Origin: Alphaproteobacteria bacterium
GTDB lineage: Bacteria > Pseudomonadota > Alphaproteobacteria > UBA828
Length of the DNA stretch: 64,000 bases
Reading direction: 5' to 3'
NCBI GenBank assembly: GCA_965221125.1
Contig: CBDCRW010000004.1
Location: forward strand, 576,001 to 640,000
In this document: one piece after another, positions 9,201 to 17,283 of the stretch
Numbering within the stretch: the stretch's first letter is position 1
Layout of the letters: each line of letters begins with the position of its first letter
Translations under genes and position numbers: made by a program
Notes under the pieces: generated by a model
Told to the model about the DNA's origin: nothing
Databases searched by the model: none
Seen by the model: the letters and a program-made list of their open reading frames with translations, nothing else

Positions 9201-12200
9201 CGTGACGGTCGCCAAGCCGGCGGGGTCGGCGCGGGTCAGCTACCGGCTGTGCTTCTCCGGCACCGCGACCCTGGACGAGGACGGCGAGCGGGCGCCGGGG
9301 GAGGACTACCGGGTCATCAAGTTCAACGGCGGTCAACAGACGGTGTTCCACGGCGGTCACATGGCGCTGTTCCACACGACGGGGGGCGCGCGCTGCGTCG
9401 GCGGCGGTTCCGTCACCTTCCTTGCGGGCGTGGACAGCCACGCCTGGCGGGTCCGGGTGTTCGGCGACGCCGTCAAGGAGAACGACGAGACGGTGGTGGT
9501 GACGCTCTCCGAGAGCGGGACCCCGCTGCCGGACGGCTGGTCGATATCCTCCGCGGGCAACCCCGCGACCCACACGATCGCCAACGACGACGCGCCGCAC
9601 GTCACGCTGCACGCCGTGGACCCGGTCGCGGTGGAGGGCAGCAGCACCGACACCGCCGCCATCGAGGTGCGCCTGAGCCACGCGCTCGAGGCCGGCGAGA
9701 CCCTGACGGTCAATCTGGACACGAACACCTTTATCTGGGGGAACTCCAGCCTGGACGGATCGCCGGCGGGCGTCGCCTACTCCAGACCGTCGGGCAGAGA
9801 GCACCGGCTGGTGTTCACCGGGCCGAGCGCCCCCGACCGGGCCCGGATCGTCCTTGAAGCGAGCGCGAACAGCGTGAGCGGCGACGGCCTCCAGAGCCGC
9901 GACCACTATGCGGAACTGACCAGCGTGACGGGTTACTCCGGCGCCACCCTGGACAGCCGGCAGGCGAGCCGGCAGTTCCTGCAGGTCATCGACAGCGCGT
10001 CCGCCGCGGGCCACGGCGTGACCCTGTCGGTGCATTCGTGGCCCGACGGCTCGATACGCGAGATCGGGGAGGGCGGCAAGGCGGTGCTCAAGGTCTCCGC
10101 CGCCGGCGGCAGGCCGGTATCGGTGACCGTCGCCGTGCAGCCGGTCACCGCGGACTTCGCCGACCTCGGCCGCGCGAGCGCGGGCGGCCACGGCCCCGGC
10201 GGCCCGGCGAACGCGACGGGCTGGGTCGCCTACAAGGAACGCGACGGGCACCAGGGCCTCGACCTCTACACGGTGAGCATCTTCGAGCAGCCCGCGCCCT
10301 CCGTGTACATGCAGATCCCCATCGTCGACGACGGCCAGGCCGAAGGGCCGGAGACCTTCCGTGCGTTCATCTACCGGACGCCGCCCGGCTACAAGGCGGG
10401 CGGCGGCCTCGCGGGCACGCGGGTGTCGACCGTCGAGTTCACCATCCCGGCAAGCGACGGCGGCCTGCCCCGGAACGCGGCCGCGGTCGAGGTCCCCGAC
10501 ACGCAGGTGGCGAACCTGAAGGTGACGAGGGTCGATGCGAGCACCGCCTCGGCGCGCTGGGACGCGGTCGCGCACGCCACCGGCTACGAGGTGGAGTGGG
10601 ACGCGCTCGACGGCAACGGGCGGTCGATCGCCGCCGGCCTCCACGCCGGCGTGACCGCCACGACGCAGACGATCGAACACCAGGCGCCGGGGGCGGCGTC
10701 GCTCAGGGTGACGGTGGCGCCGGAACATGTCGACGGCAACGGCGACACGCAGGTGCTGTCCGGCCTCGCGGCCACGGCGGTGCTCGACCTGTCGACGCCG
10801 CAGTCCGCGCAGGCGGATTCGATCCAGGCGGGCGCGGCGTCCTGCGACCTGGCGTCGGTGAAGGCGGACGTGAACCGCTATATCGGGGAGACGCAGTACG
10901 GCACGGCGCATGTGGCGCGCTGGAAGAAGGCGCTGGCCGGTCTGAACCGCGAGACCGGCGGCATGACCGCGGCCGGGGCGCGGCAGATGAAGGCGAAGTA
11001 TTCGCCGGGCCGCTGGCAGCCGGTGGTGGACGGCCTCGACTGCCTGGAGAAGGCCGCAACGCCGCAGGCGGAGACGCCGGCGGCGGTCCCCGAACTGAGC
11101 CTCGCGGCCGGTCCCGCCGTGGACGAGGGCGGCAACGCGGCGTTCACCGTCCATGCCGACCCGGCGCCGGCGGCGGAGCTGACCGTGGCCTTCACCGTCG
11201 CCCAGAGCGGCGAGTATCTGGACGCGCCCGGCGCGGGCAGCCGTCAGGTGACCCTGGCGGCGGGCGCCGCGAGCGCCACGCTCGCCATCGCCACGGCGGA
11301 CGACGGCGTGGACGAGCCCGACGGCTCGGTCGGCGTCACCCTCGATGCCGGCGCGGGCTACACCCTGGCGGCCGGCAAGGCGGGCGGCACGGTCGCGGTG
11401 CGCGACAACGACACGCCGGCGGTCAGCATCGCCGCCGGGAGCGGGGTGACGGAGGGAGCCCCGGCCGCGTTCACCCTCACGGCGAACCCGGCGCCGCATG
11501 CCGACCTGACGGTGACGCTGGCGGTGACCCAGAGCGGGGACTTCGCGGCTTCCGGCCAGACCGGCGCGCGGGAGGTCACGATCCCGACCGGGGGCAGCGC
11601 GTCCTTCGAGGTCGCGACGGTGAACGACAGCGCGGACGAGCCGGACGGCTCGGTCACGGCAACCGTCGCCGCCGGAACCGGCTACGCGGTGGCGGCCTCG
11701 CCGGACGACACGGCCTCGGTGGCGGTGGCGGACGACGACGCGGCGCCGGGGGCGCCCGCACTCGCCATCGGCGATGTGAGGGCCAATGAGGGCGACGGGT
11801 TCATGTGGTTCACGGTCACGCTGAGCCCGGCCTCGGACCGTCCGGTATCGGTCGATTACCATACCCGGGAGTCGAACCCGGTGTCGGCGCGCAAGGACAG
11901 CGACTTTCTCCAGGTCGATTTCGGGGGGGTCACGTTCAGTCCGGGCGAGACGAGCAAGCGGTTCTGGGTCTACCTGTTCGACGACAACCACGACGAGGAT
12001 CCGGAGACCTTCGAGGTCGCGCTGTCGCGCCCGACGGGTGGGGCGGTCATCGCCGACGGGGTGGCGGTGGGCACCATCGTCAACGACGACCCGATGCCGG
12101 CGGCGTGGCTGGCGCGCTTCGGGCGCACGGTGGCCGAGCAGGCGCTCGACGGCATCGCAAACCGCATCGCGGCGCCGCGCGAGGCCGGCGCCCGGGGCAC

Positions 12201-13671
12201 GCTCGCCGGGCAGGCGCTGAACCTCGGATCAAGTCCGAGGGCAGGGCCTGGGACGGGTTCGGGGTCTGACGGCGCGGCCGGTGGGCCAGGCGCGGCCAAC
12301 GATAACGCCGCAATGGGCAGCTTTTCCGCCGCCGGCGGCTTCGGAACGCCGGCCGGCCGCTTCGGCACGGTCGGCTTCGGCCACGACGACCATGGCTTCG
12401 GCCAGGGCTTCGCGCAATCCCGCACCATGACGGGGCTGGAGGCGCTGCTGGGATCGAGCTTCACGGCGACGGGGGAGACCGACGCCACCGGCGGCAGCCT
12501 CGCCTTCTGGGGCCGGGCGGCGCAGTCGAGCTTCGACGGCAGGGAAGGCGCCTTCTCGCTCGACGGCGAGGCGACCACCGCCATGCTGGGCGCGGACTAT
12601 GCGCGCGGCAGGTGGCTGGTCGGGCTCGCGCTGATGCAGAGTTCCGGCGAGGGCGGCTATGCCGATACCGGCGCCGATGCGCAGCCCTGTCCCGACGACG
12701 CGGAGGAGGATCTCTGCGACGGCGCGGTGCACGCGGGCGACGGCAAGGTGGAGGCGTCGCTGACGGCCGCCGTCCCCTACGCGGCCATCCAGGCGTCCGA
12801 ACGGCTCAGGCTCTGGGGCGCGGCGGGCCATGGCACGGGCGAGGTGACGCTCAAGCCGGAGACGGACGGATCGCTCAGCTCCGACATCTCCTGGACCATG
12901 GCGGCGGCCGGCGCGCGCGGCGACCTGCTGGCGCCGCCGGGTAGCAGCGGTCCGGCGCTGGCGTTGACCGCGGACGGCCTCTGGGCGCGGACCTCGTCCG
13001 AGAAGACGCACGAGCTTGCGGCGTCGGACTCCGACGTGACCCGGCTCAGGCTCGGTCTGGAGGGCAGCTACCGCATCGCCCTGGAGGAAGGCGGCCACAT
13101 CACGCCCAAGGCGGAGGTGGGCGCGCGCCATGACGGCGGCGACGCCGAGACCGGCTTCGGGGTGGAAGTCGGCGGCGGGCTGGTCTGGAGCGATCCGGGC
13201 CTGGGGCTCAGCCTCGACCTCTCGGGCCGCACGCTGGTCTCCCACAGCTCGGACGACCTGGAGGACCGGGGCTTCGCGGTCTCGCTCGCCTTCGATCCGA
13301 ACCCGGCGACGAAGCGGGGGCCGTCCTTCAGCCTGCGCCAGGACTGGGGCGGCTCGGCCGAGGGCGGGCTCGATGCGCTGTTCCGCGCCGACCCGCTCGC
13401 CGACCGCGCGGGGAGCGCCGAGCCGGAGAGCCGCTGGCAGGCCGAAGCGGCATACGGCTTCCCGGCCTTCTCCGGACGCTTCACCGGCAGCCCGCATGTG
13501 GGGCTGGGGCTCGCCACGGGCGCGCGCGACTACACGCTCGGCTGGCGGCTCTCGCCGGCGGCCAATGCCAACGCGCCCGAGGTGTCCTTCGGCGTGAAGG
13601 CGACGCGCCGGGAGAACGAGGGGGTCGAGCCGGAGCATACGGTCGGGTTCGAGGTCAACGCGCGCTGGTGA
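6208..13671 (+). CDS. Giant Calx-beta/Ig-like repeat surface protein with a C-terminal autotransporter-like beta-barrel (adhesin 1, about 2487 aa)
   Basis: GGAG SD at 6197-6200, then ATG at 6208 and a signal peptide. Many V.EG...DD..DE..ET...TI.DDD repeats and an FN3-like segment. The C-terminal MPAAWLARFGRTVAEQ...barrel ends in NARW. Confidence 0.85.
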   Translation: MMTDGNRNAGTPVSHAAADGQRHCSLGGRKWFRSWLAPLAGARSGLRALLPVLFAFLLLAGWTSGAGAVTLTANPSFVCQGQTVDITVSGLSAGASDVFYLAGSSGTATSGTHYRILNSDGTEISDYQDVAVTADENGRFTLRVQNISADGSADFESANYNDFEIIFHPSTHADCATTSDGVTVSPTSLALTELGSSSTIEKTYTVVLDTDPGVDVTITATNGDATAVEVDTDAGTSGNQNTLTFTHGNSGNWNTAQTVTVRALNDLDSANESFSITHAATAASGPYNGITVAPVAVTTADAGHGVVVSKSSLSVAANDETDTYTVVLKSAPGGTVTITPTSGATTRATVSPASLSFTNSDWNTPKTFTVTGKGQGSTSISHAVSTGTTAYPTSLTIPAVSVTVTADSRQVLDLSFSSNSNNEGVSAILTVTATGGSGNVTVTGGTALLTFSGDGIASSDYSVTTASILVLFGGPPPSAPVGIDLASDSVDEPNETLVVGLQNLPAGYRAGTTASVTIIDRNPTTVTLAGGGTVTEDGANSADVTVTLSRNLVAGETVTVPLAITGAGIAAGDYTIAPAPGSSLNRGVTLNTSNPHSAAQPAVVFTGHGTNTVQVATLRVTAVQDSTDEGASEALAVGFGSGNRAVMSNLDRASGTGTTGTTTAGTATVTITDDDTSAVPEVSMELQTGETSNRNTAGQLELVESGGVDGAVFNLSADSVLVSTLTVCLRLTETGGDLVAAAAEGIRTATLTSSGNTNGAGIYTLTWAGDTDDERNSVVTATLLAPETAGCSAANGTYTVASAMASDAVFIEDDDATTVELTSSDTSMAEGDASQTATLTFTLGRRLHAGEVLVVPFTLATTTGARLPGHSTPDFAVTAAGTGVTIARPNTATPSVTFTGHGTDTVRTATVTLTPVANRDDGDTAREEIAATLATDSVLGSTAGTDTTVGGGAMRHATNFAVDLTLEDDDAPAGATELTLTLSSASAPEGSGGTRDVTVTVAKPAGSARVSYRLCFSGTATLDEDGERAPGEDYRVIKFNGGQQTVFHGGHMALFHTTGGARCVGGGSVTFLAGVDSHAWRVRVFGDAVKENDETVVVTLSESGTPLPDGWSISSAGNPATHTIANDDAPHVTLHAVDPVAVEGSSTDTAAIEVRLSHALEAGETLTVNLDTNTFIWGNSSLDGSPAGVAYSRPSGREHRLVFTGPSAPDRARIVLEASANSVSGDGLQSRDHYAELTSVTGYSGATLDSRQASRQFLQVIDSASAAGHGVTLSVHSWPDGSIREIGEGGKAVLKVSAAGGRPVSVTVAVQPVTADFADLGRASAGGHGPGGPANATGWVAYKERDGHQGLDLYTVSIFEQPAPSVYMQIPIVDDGQAEGPETFRAFIYRTPPGYKAGGGLAGTRVSTVEFTIPASDGGLPRNAAAVEVPDTQVANLKVTRVDASTASARWDAVAHATGYEVEWDALDGNGRSIAAGLHAGVTATTQTIEHQAPGAASLRVTVAPEHVDGNGDTQVLSGLAATAVLDLSTPQSAQADSIQAGAASCDLASVKADVNRYIGETQYGTAHVARWKKALAGLNRETGGMTAAGARQMKAKYSPGRWQPVVDGLDCLEKAATPQAETPAAVPELSLAAGPAVDEGGNAAFTVHADPAPAAELTVAFTVAQSGEYLDAPGAGSRQVTLAAGAASATLAIATADDGVDEPDGSVGVTLDAGAGYTLAAGKAGGTVAVRDNDTPAVSIAAGSGVTEGAPAAFTLTANPAPHADLTVTLAVTQSGDFAASGQTGAREVTIPTGGSASFEVATVNDSADEPDGSVTATVAAGTGYAVAASPDDTASVAVADDDAAPGAPALAIGDVRANEGDGFMWFTVTLSPASDRPVSVDYHTRESNPVSARKDSDFLQVDFGGVTFSPGETSKRFWVYLFDDNHDEDPETFEVALSRPTGGAVIADGVAVGTIVNDDPMPAAWLARFGRTVAEQALDGIANRIAAPREAGARGTLAGQALNLGSSPRAGPGTGSGSDGAAGGPGAANDNAAMGSFSAAGGFGTPAGRFGTVGFGHDDHGFGQGFAQSRTMTGLEALLGSSFTATGETDATGGSLAFWGRAAQSSFDGREGAFSLDGEATTAMLGADYARGRWLVGLALMQSSGEGGYADTGADAQPCPDDAEEDLCDGAVHAGDGKVEASLTAAVPYAAIQASERLRLWGAAGHGTGEVTLKPETDGSLSSDISWTMAAAGARGDLLAPPGSSGPALALTADGLWARTSSEKTHELAASDSDVTRLRLGLEGSYRIALEEGGHITPKAEVGARHDGGDAETGFGVEVGGGLVWSDPGLGLSLDLSGRTLVSHSSDDLEDRGFAVSLAFDPNPATKRGPSFSLRQDWGGSAEGGLDALFRADPLADRAGSAEPESRWQAEAAYGFPAFSGRFTGSPHVGLGLATGARDYTLGWRLSPAANANAPEVSFGVKATRRENEGVEPEHTVGFEVNARW

Positions 13672-13764
13672 GGCATGGCATGGGCCGATGACCGCGCCCG
13701 GGAGCGGAGACCGTCCGATGCGGCCTCCGCTCCGGCGGCGACGCCCGATCCCGGCGGCTGAGCC

Positions 13765-14471
13765 GTGGCGCGTCGGGTCGGCGGATGGGACGCGGTGCGG
13801 GCCTGGCGCTTCATCCGCGCGAGCAAGGCGTACCGCGCGGCCTGGGCGAAGCGTCTCCCGATGCCCGGTCTGCCCGAGCGGGCGCCGTTCCCGGTGCGGC
13901 TCCAGACGTCGGTCGATCTCGCCGCCATGGCCTGGGGCATGGCGGCCTTTGAAGATCCTTATGCGGAACGGCCGCTGGCGCCCTTCTGGACGCATGCCGG
14001 GGTGATCGACGGCCGGGTGACGCGCGATGCGCCGCCGCTGGTCCGGCTCGCGGCCGAGGGCGGGGCGACGCTTGACGGGCTCCGCCTCGCCGACGGCGCG
14101 CTGATGCTCCGGATCGAGCGGCCGGGCGTGTCGGTTTCGGTCCGCCTGCCGCGGGGCGCGGCGTTTCCCGACGATGGCGGGCTGCGCCTCGTCCTGGAAC
14201 GGGAGGTGGCCGCCATCGAGGACATCTGGGCGGGGTTCCCGGCCCCTCGATCGGGGCGGGCACGGGGGACGGGGACGGTGAGCTTCTGCTGGCGCTGGAA
14301 AGCGAGGCGGAGGGGCTCACGCAGAAGGACTATGCGCTGCGGCTCTGGACGCCGGAGCGGGTCGCGGAGGAATACTACACCGGCAGCTGGATGCATGAGC
14401 GCGTCAAGCGGCGCTTCGCCAGGGCAAGGGCGGTCCTGAAGCGGTATCGGGACATGGCGACGGGCAAGTAG
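13765..14471 (+). CDS. FseA-like (DUF6499 plus DUF2285-type) transcriptional activator; C-terminal domain in the -1 frame
   Basis: The N-terminal part carries AWRFIRAS.AYRAAW and AWGMAAFEDP motifs. The -1 frame after 14268 encodes ELLLALESEAEGLTQKDYALRLW...GSWMHERVKRR...YRDMATGK*. The gene lies upstream of an RDF-like HTH gene. Confidence 0.7.
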
Positions 14472-14912
14472 TCCGCAGGACTCGGCGCGCCGGCTGCCGG
14501 TAAGCGCCGCGTTTTCGTTTCCGATTGAAATCGACGCGGAATCCCCGGTTCGGATCGACGAGACCGCCGGTGACGGTCACGCCGGGTGCATTTCATCCTT
14601 GTTTGTCCGAACCCGTCGAACGTCACCGTCGCGCTCGCCCGGCCGCCGCGGACGGTCGCGACGGGCGCTGGGCATCCACCGCCGATTCTCACTGTAGCCA
14701 CCGCTTCCCGCGCGGTCGCCGGCCTGGCCGAGTAACGGAGCCGTGCGGGCCGAACCGCGCCTGCCGATATCCCCCGCGCCGGACCGCCATGCGTCTCCAT
14801 GGAGGGGCAATCCGGTCCCGGCCCGGCCGGGGACCCGCCGCGAGCACATGGACGCGAATTCGCAGTCCCGGCGCCGATCGGCGGCGATCGGCGCCCGCTG
14901 GCGGTCAAACTG

Positions 14913-14945
14913 AGGGGCGTTTTTCTGCACCCGAAAATCGCCCCT
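14913..14945. promoter_or_regulatory. 13-bp imperfect inverted repeat upstream of the RDF-like/tra operon; candidate activator-binding site
   Basis: AGGGGCGTTTTTC-tgcaccc-GAAAATCGCCCCT (12/13 match), about 90 bp upstream of the 15034 ATG. Confidence 0.45.
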
Positions 14946-15033
14946 ACCCCTCCCCGCCCTTCTTCGCTCCGATGCCCGCACATGCGCCCCGAGCCCCGGG
15001 GCCGGTCGGGACAGGCAGCAACGGGAGACGGCA

Positions 15034-15261
15034 ATGACGGACGGGGAGACGATCTATCTGAACACGCGACAGGCGGCGGCGCATCTGGGGCTGTCGACGC
15101 GCACGCTGGACCGCTACCGGGTGTCGGGCGAAGGGCCGGTGTTCCTGCGCTTCGGCGGCCGGGTGCGCTATCTGCGCGAGGACCTCGACGCCTGGGCGAA
15201 GACGCGCCGGCGCAAGTCCACCTCCGACGACGGCACCGCGCTCGCCGGAGCGGGCCGGTGA
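15034..15261 (+). CDS. AlpA/excisionase-like (RdfS-like) HTH DNA-binding protein
   Basis: YLNTRQAAAHLGLSTRTLDRYRVSGEGPVFLRFGGRVRYLREDLDAW; GGGAG SD. Confidence 0.88.
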   Translation: MTDGETIYLNTRQAAAHLGLSTRTLDRYRVSGEGPVFLRFGGRVRYLREDLDAWAKTRRRKSTSDDGTALAGAGR

Positions 15262-15299
15262 GGGGCGCCGCCGAACGGGCGGTTGCGGCGGCAGCCGGG

Positions 15300-15608
15300 A
15301 TGAACCGCACGGTCATCGCGCTGCGCGGTATCGGAACCATCGCGCTGGTGGCGACGGTCATGACGACCGGGTCCGATCTCGCGCTGGCGACCACGGACAC
15401 GACCTTCGACGCGCCGCTCGACACGGTGCAGGACATCGTGGGCGGCACGGGCGGCCAGCTGGCGGCGGCCTTGGCCGTCGGCGCGGCGCTGGTCGGCTCC
15501 GTGCTGCGCTTCAACGCCATGCAGCTGATGGGCGCGGTCGGGGTCGGCATCGCCGCGGGCGCAGGCACCGGCATCGTCACCGGCCTCGTCGGCACGGCGA
15601 TCGTCTGA
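15300..15608 (+). CDS. traA: Conjugative pilin (TraA-like)
   Basis: Small protein with a signal peptide and two hydrophobic segments, immediately before traL. An alternative GTG start exists at 15258. Confidence 0.7.
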   Translation: MNRTVIALRGIGTIALVATVMTTGSDLALATTDTTFDAPLDTVQDIVGGTGGQLAAALAVGAALVGSVLRFNAMQLMGAVGVGIAAGAGTGIVTGLVGTAIV

Positions 15609-15619
15609 CGGGGCGTGCG

Positions 15620-15913
15620 ATGAACGAGAGCGCCCGCCATGCCATCCCGCGCCGGCTCGACGATCCGGAGCGCTGGCTGTTCTGGACCGTGGACGAGGCG
15701 GCGGTGCTGATGGGCCCGGCCCTGCTCGGGCTCGCGGCCAACCAGTTCGTCACCGGGCTGGTCGCCGGCGTCGGCGGCTGGCTCGCGCTGCGCCGGGTCA
15801 AGCGCGGCGGCGGGGCGAACATCGCGCGCTACGCCCTCTACTGGTTCCTGCCGGACTTCGTGCTGCGCCTCAGGGCGACGCCGCCGAGCCACCTCCGGCG
15901 CTTCACCGGCTGA
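15620..15913 (+). CDS. traL: Conjugal transfer protein TraL
   Basis: IPRRLDDPERWLFWTVDE...YWFLP...TPPSHLRRFTG motif. Confidence 0.9.
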   Translation: MNESARHAIPRRLDDPERWLFWTVDEAAVLMGPALLGLAANQFVTGLVAGVGGWLALRRVKRGGGANIARYALYWFLPDFVLRLRATPPSHLRRFTG

Positions 15914-15922
15914 GGCGGGGTC

Positions 15923-16489
15923 ATGCGGCGTCTCGATCTCGACAATGCCGTGCGCCGGGTGCGGGACATCCGCCTGGCGCTCAGCCTTCTGCTGGTGCTC
16001 TCGATGACGGCCAACCTGGCGCTCACCGTGGGGCTGGCGAACCGCGAGGCGGCGACCGTGCTGCTGCCGGCGGCGGCCGGGCCGGAATGGGCGGTCGGCG
16101 GCAGCCGGATGGAGCCCGGTCCCGCGGGAACCCGCTATCTGGAGGATATGGCGCGCACGGTGGCGGTGACGCTGCTGACGCTGACGCCGGAAAACGCCGC
16201 CCATGTGCGCCTCGCGGCGGCGCGGATGAGCCACCCCTCGGCAAGGGGCGCGATCGGCGCCTGGGTCGAGGCAGAGGCGGCGCGCATGGCCGGGCGCGAC
16301 CTCGCCAGCGCCTTCTACCCCGACAGCATCGAGGCCGACCCGGAGCGTCTCACGGTGGAGATCGCGGGCGAGCTGGTGAGCTGGATCGGGCGCGAGGAGG
16401 CGGCGCGGGAGGACCGGCGCTACCGGCTCGCCTTCCGCCTCGACGCCGGCCGCATCGGCCTGCTGCGCTTCGAACAGATGGAGGATTGA
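15923..16489 (+). CDS. traE: Conjugal transfer protein TraE
   Basis: 188 aa with an N-terminal TM segment and YLEDMARTVAVTLLTLTPEN; synteny. Confidence 0.88.
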   Translation: MRRLDLDNAVRRVRDIRLALSLLLVLSMTANLALTVGLANREAATVLLPAAAGPEWAVGGSRMEPGPAGTRYLEDMARTVAVTLLTLTPENAAHVRLAAARMSHPSARGAIGAWVEAEAARMAGRDLASAFYPDSIEADPERLTVEIAGELVSWIGREEAAREDRRYRLAFRLDAGRIGLLRFEQMED

Positions 16490-16491
16490 GA

Positions 16492-17283
16492 ATGGCACGG
16501 ATTTATCGGCAGGTCGTCGCTGCGGCATCCCTCATGCTCGCGGGCGCGCTCGCCCAGCCCATGCCGGCCACCGCGATGCAGCTTCTGGAGGCGGTCGACC
16601 ATGCCGAGCTGTCGGCGGAGGTTTCCGCGACGGAGGTCAACCGCATCGCGCTCCTGGGCGACCGGGCGGTCCGGGTGGTGCGCGCGCCGGGCGGGTTTGC
16701 GGTCGAGCACGACGCCGCCACCGGCGATCTCTACCTGCGGTTGGTCGAGACGGGCCTCGGGACGGGCGGCCGATACGCGGAGGCGAGCCTCTTCGTCGGC
16801 ACGGAGAAGGGCTTCACCTACCGGCTGACGCTCACGCCTTCCGACCGGGACGCGGCGCAGATCCTGATCCGCAATGCCGACGCCATGCCGGGAGCGTCGG
16901 TCGCCGATGACGCCGGCGCGGCATCGACGAGCGATCCGCACATTGCCGGGCTGGTCCGGCTGGTGCGCGCGGTCGCAAGGCGGGAAGCACTGCCGGGCTA
17001 TTCCATCGAGGCTGCCGCGACCGGCGTCGGCGATCCGCTCGCTGTCGGCATGCGGCTGATCGAGACCTGGCGGGGTCCGCGCTTCCGGGCGCTCGTGTTC
17101 GAGGCTGGCCGTTCCGCGCTCTCGGGCGGGGACGGCGCCGCGGGCCTCGCCGGGACCATCGCCCGGAACATCGGAGCGGGCCGCGTTGCGGCGCTCTGGC
17201 TGGCCGGGCCCGGCAGCGGCCCGAAGGGCGGGCGGCTCGCCGTGGCGGTCATGGACACCGCCGCTTCCGGAGCGCCGCGATGA
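16492..17283 (+). CDS. traK: Conjugal transfer secretin-like protein TraK
   Basis: Signal peptide; SATEVNRIAL.GDR...GDLYL...FVGTEKGFTYRL; located between traE and traB. Confidence 0.85.
   Translation: MARIYRQVVAAASLMLAGALAQPMPATAMQLLEAVDHAELSAEVSATEVNRIALLGDRAVRVVRAPGGFAVEHDAATGDLYLRLVETGLGTGGRYAEASLFVGTEKGFTYRLTLTPSDRDAAQILIRNADAMPGASVADDAGAASTSDPHIAGLVRLVRAVARREALPGYSIEAAATGVGDPLAVGMRLIETWRGPRFRALVFEAGRSALSGGDGAAGLAGTIARNIGAGRVAALWLAGPGSGPKGGRLAVAVMDTAASGAPR

Noticed and set aside
7591-11991. Very long minus-strand ORFs opposite adhesins and tra genes (also 29390-32344, 34731-39233, 39020-44284, 46630-51705, 56449-60597)
   Set aside because: These are antisense shadows of high-GC coding sequence: Arg/Gly/His-rich with no recognisable motifs.
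13930-13960. Canonical FseA +1 frameshift site at the WG..F motif
   Set aside because: The sequence TGG GGC ATG GCG GCC TTT GAA continues in frame into conserved protein, so no shift is needed there.
14270-14439. Frame-0 C-terminal tail of the activator ORFs (FCWRWKARR...)
   Set aside because: Substitutions between copies are synonymous in the -1 frame, not in frame 0, and the frame-0 tail is Arg/Ser/Gly-rich and poorly conserved.
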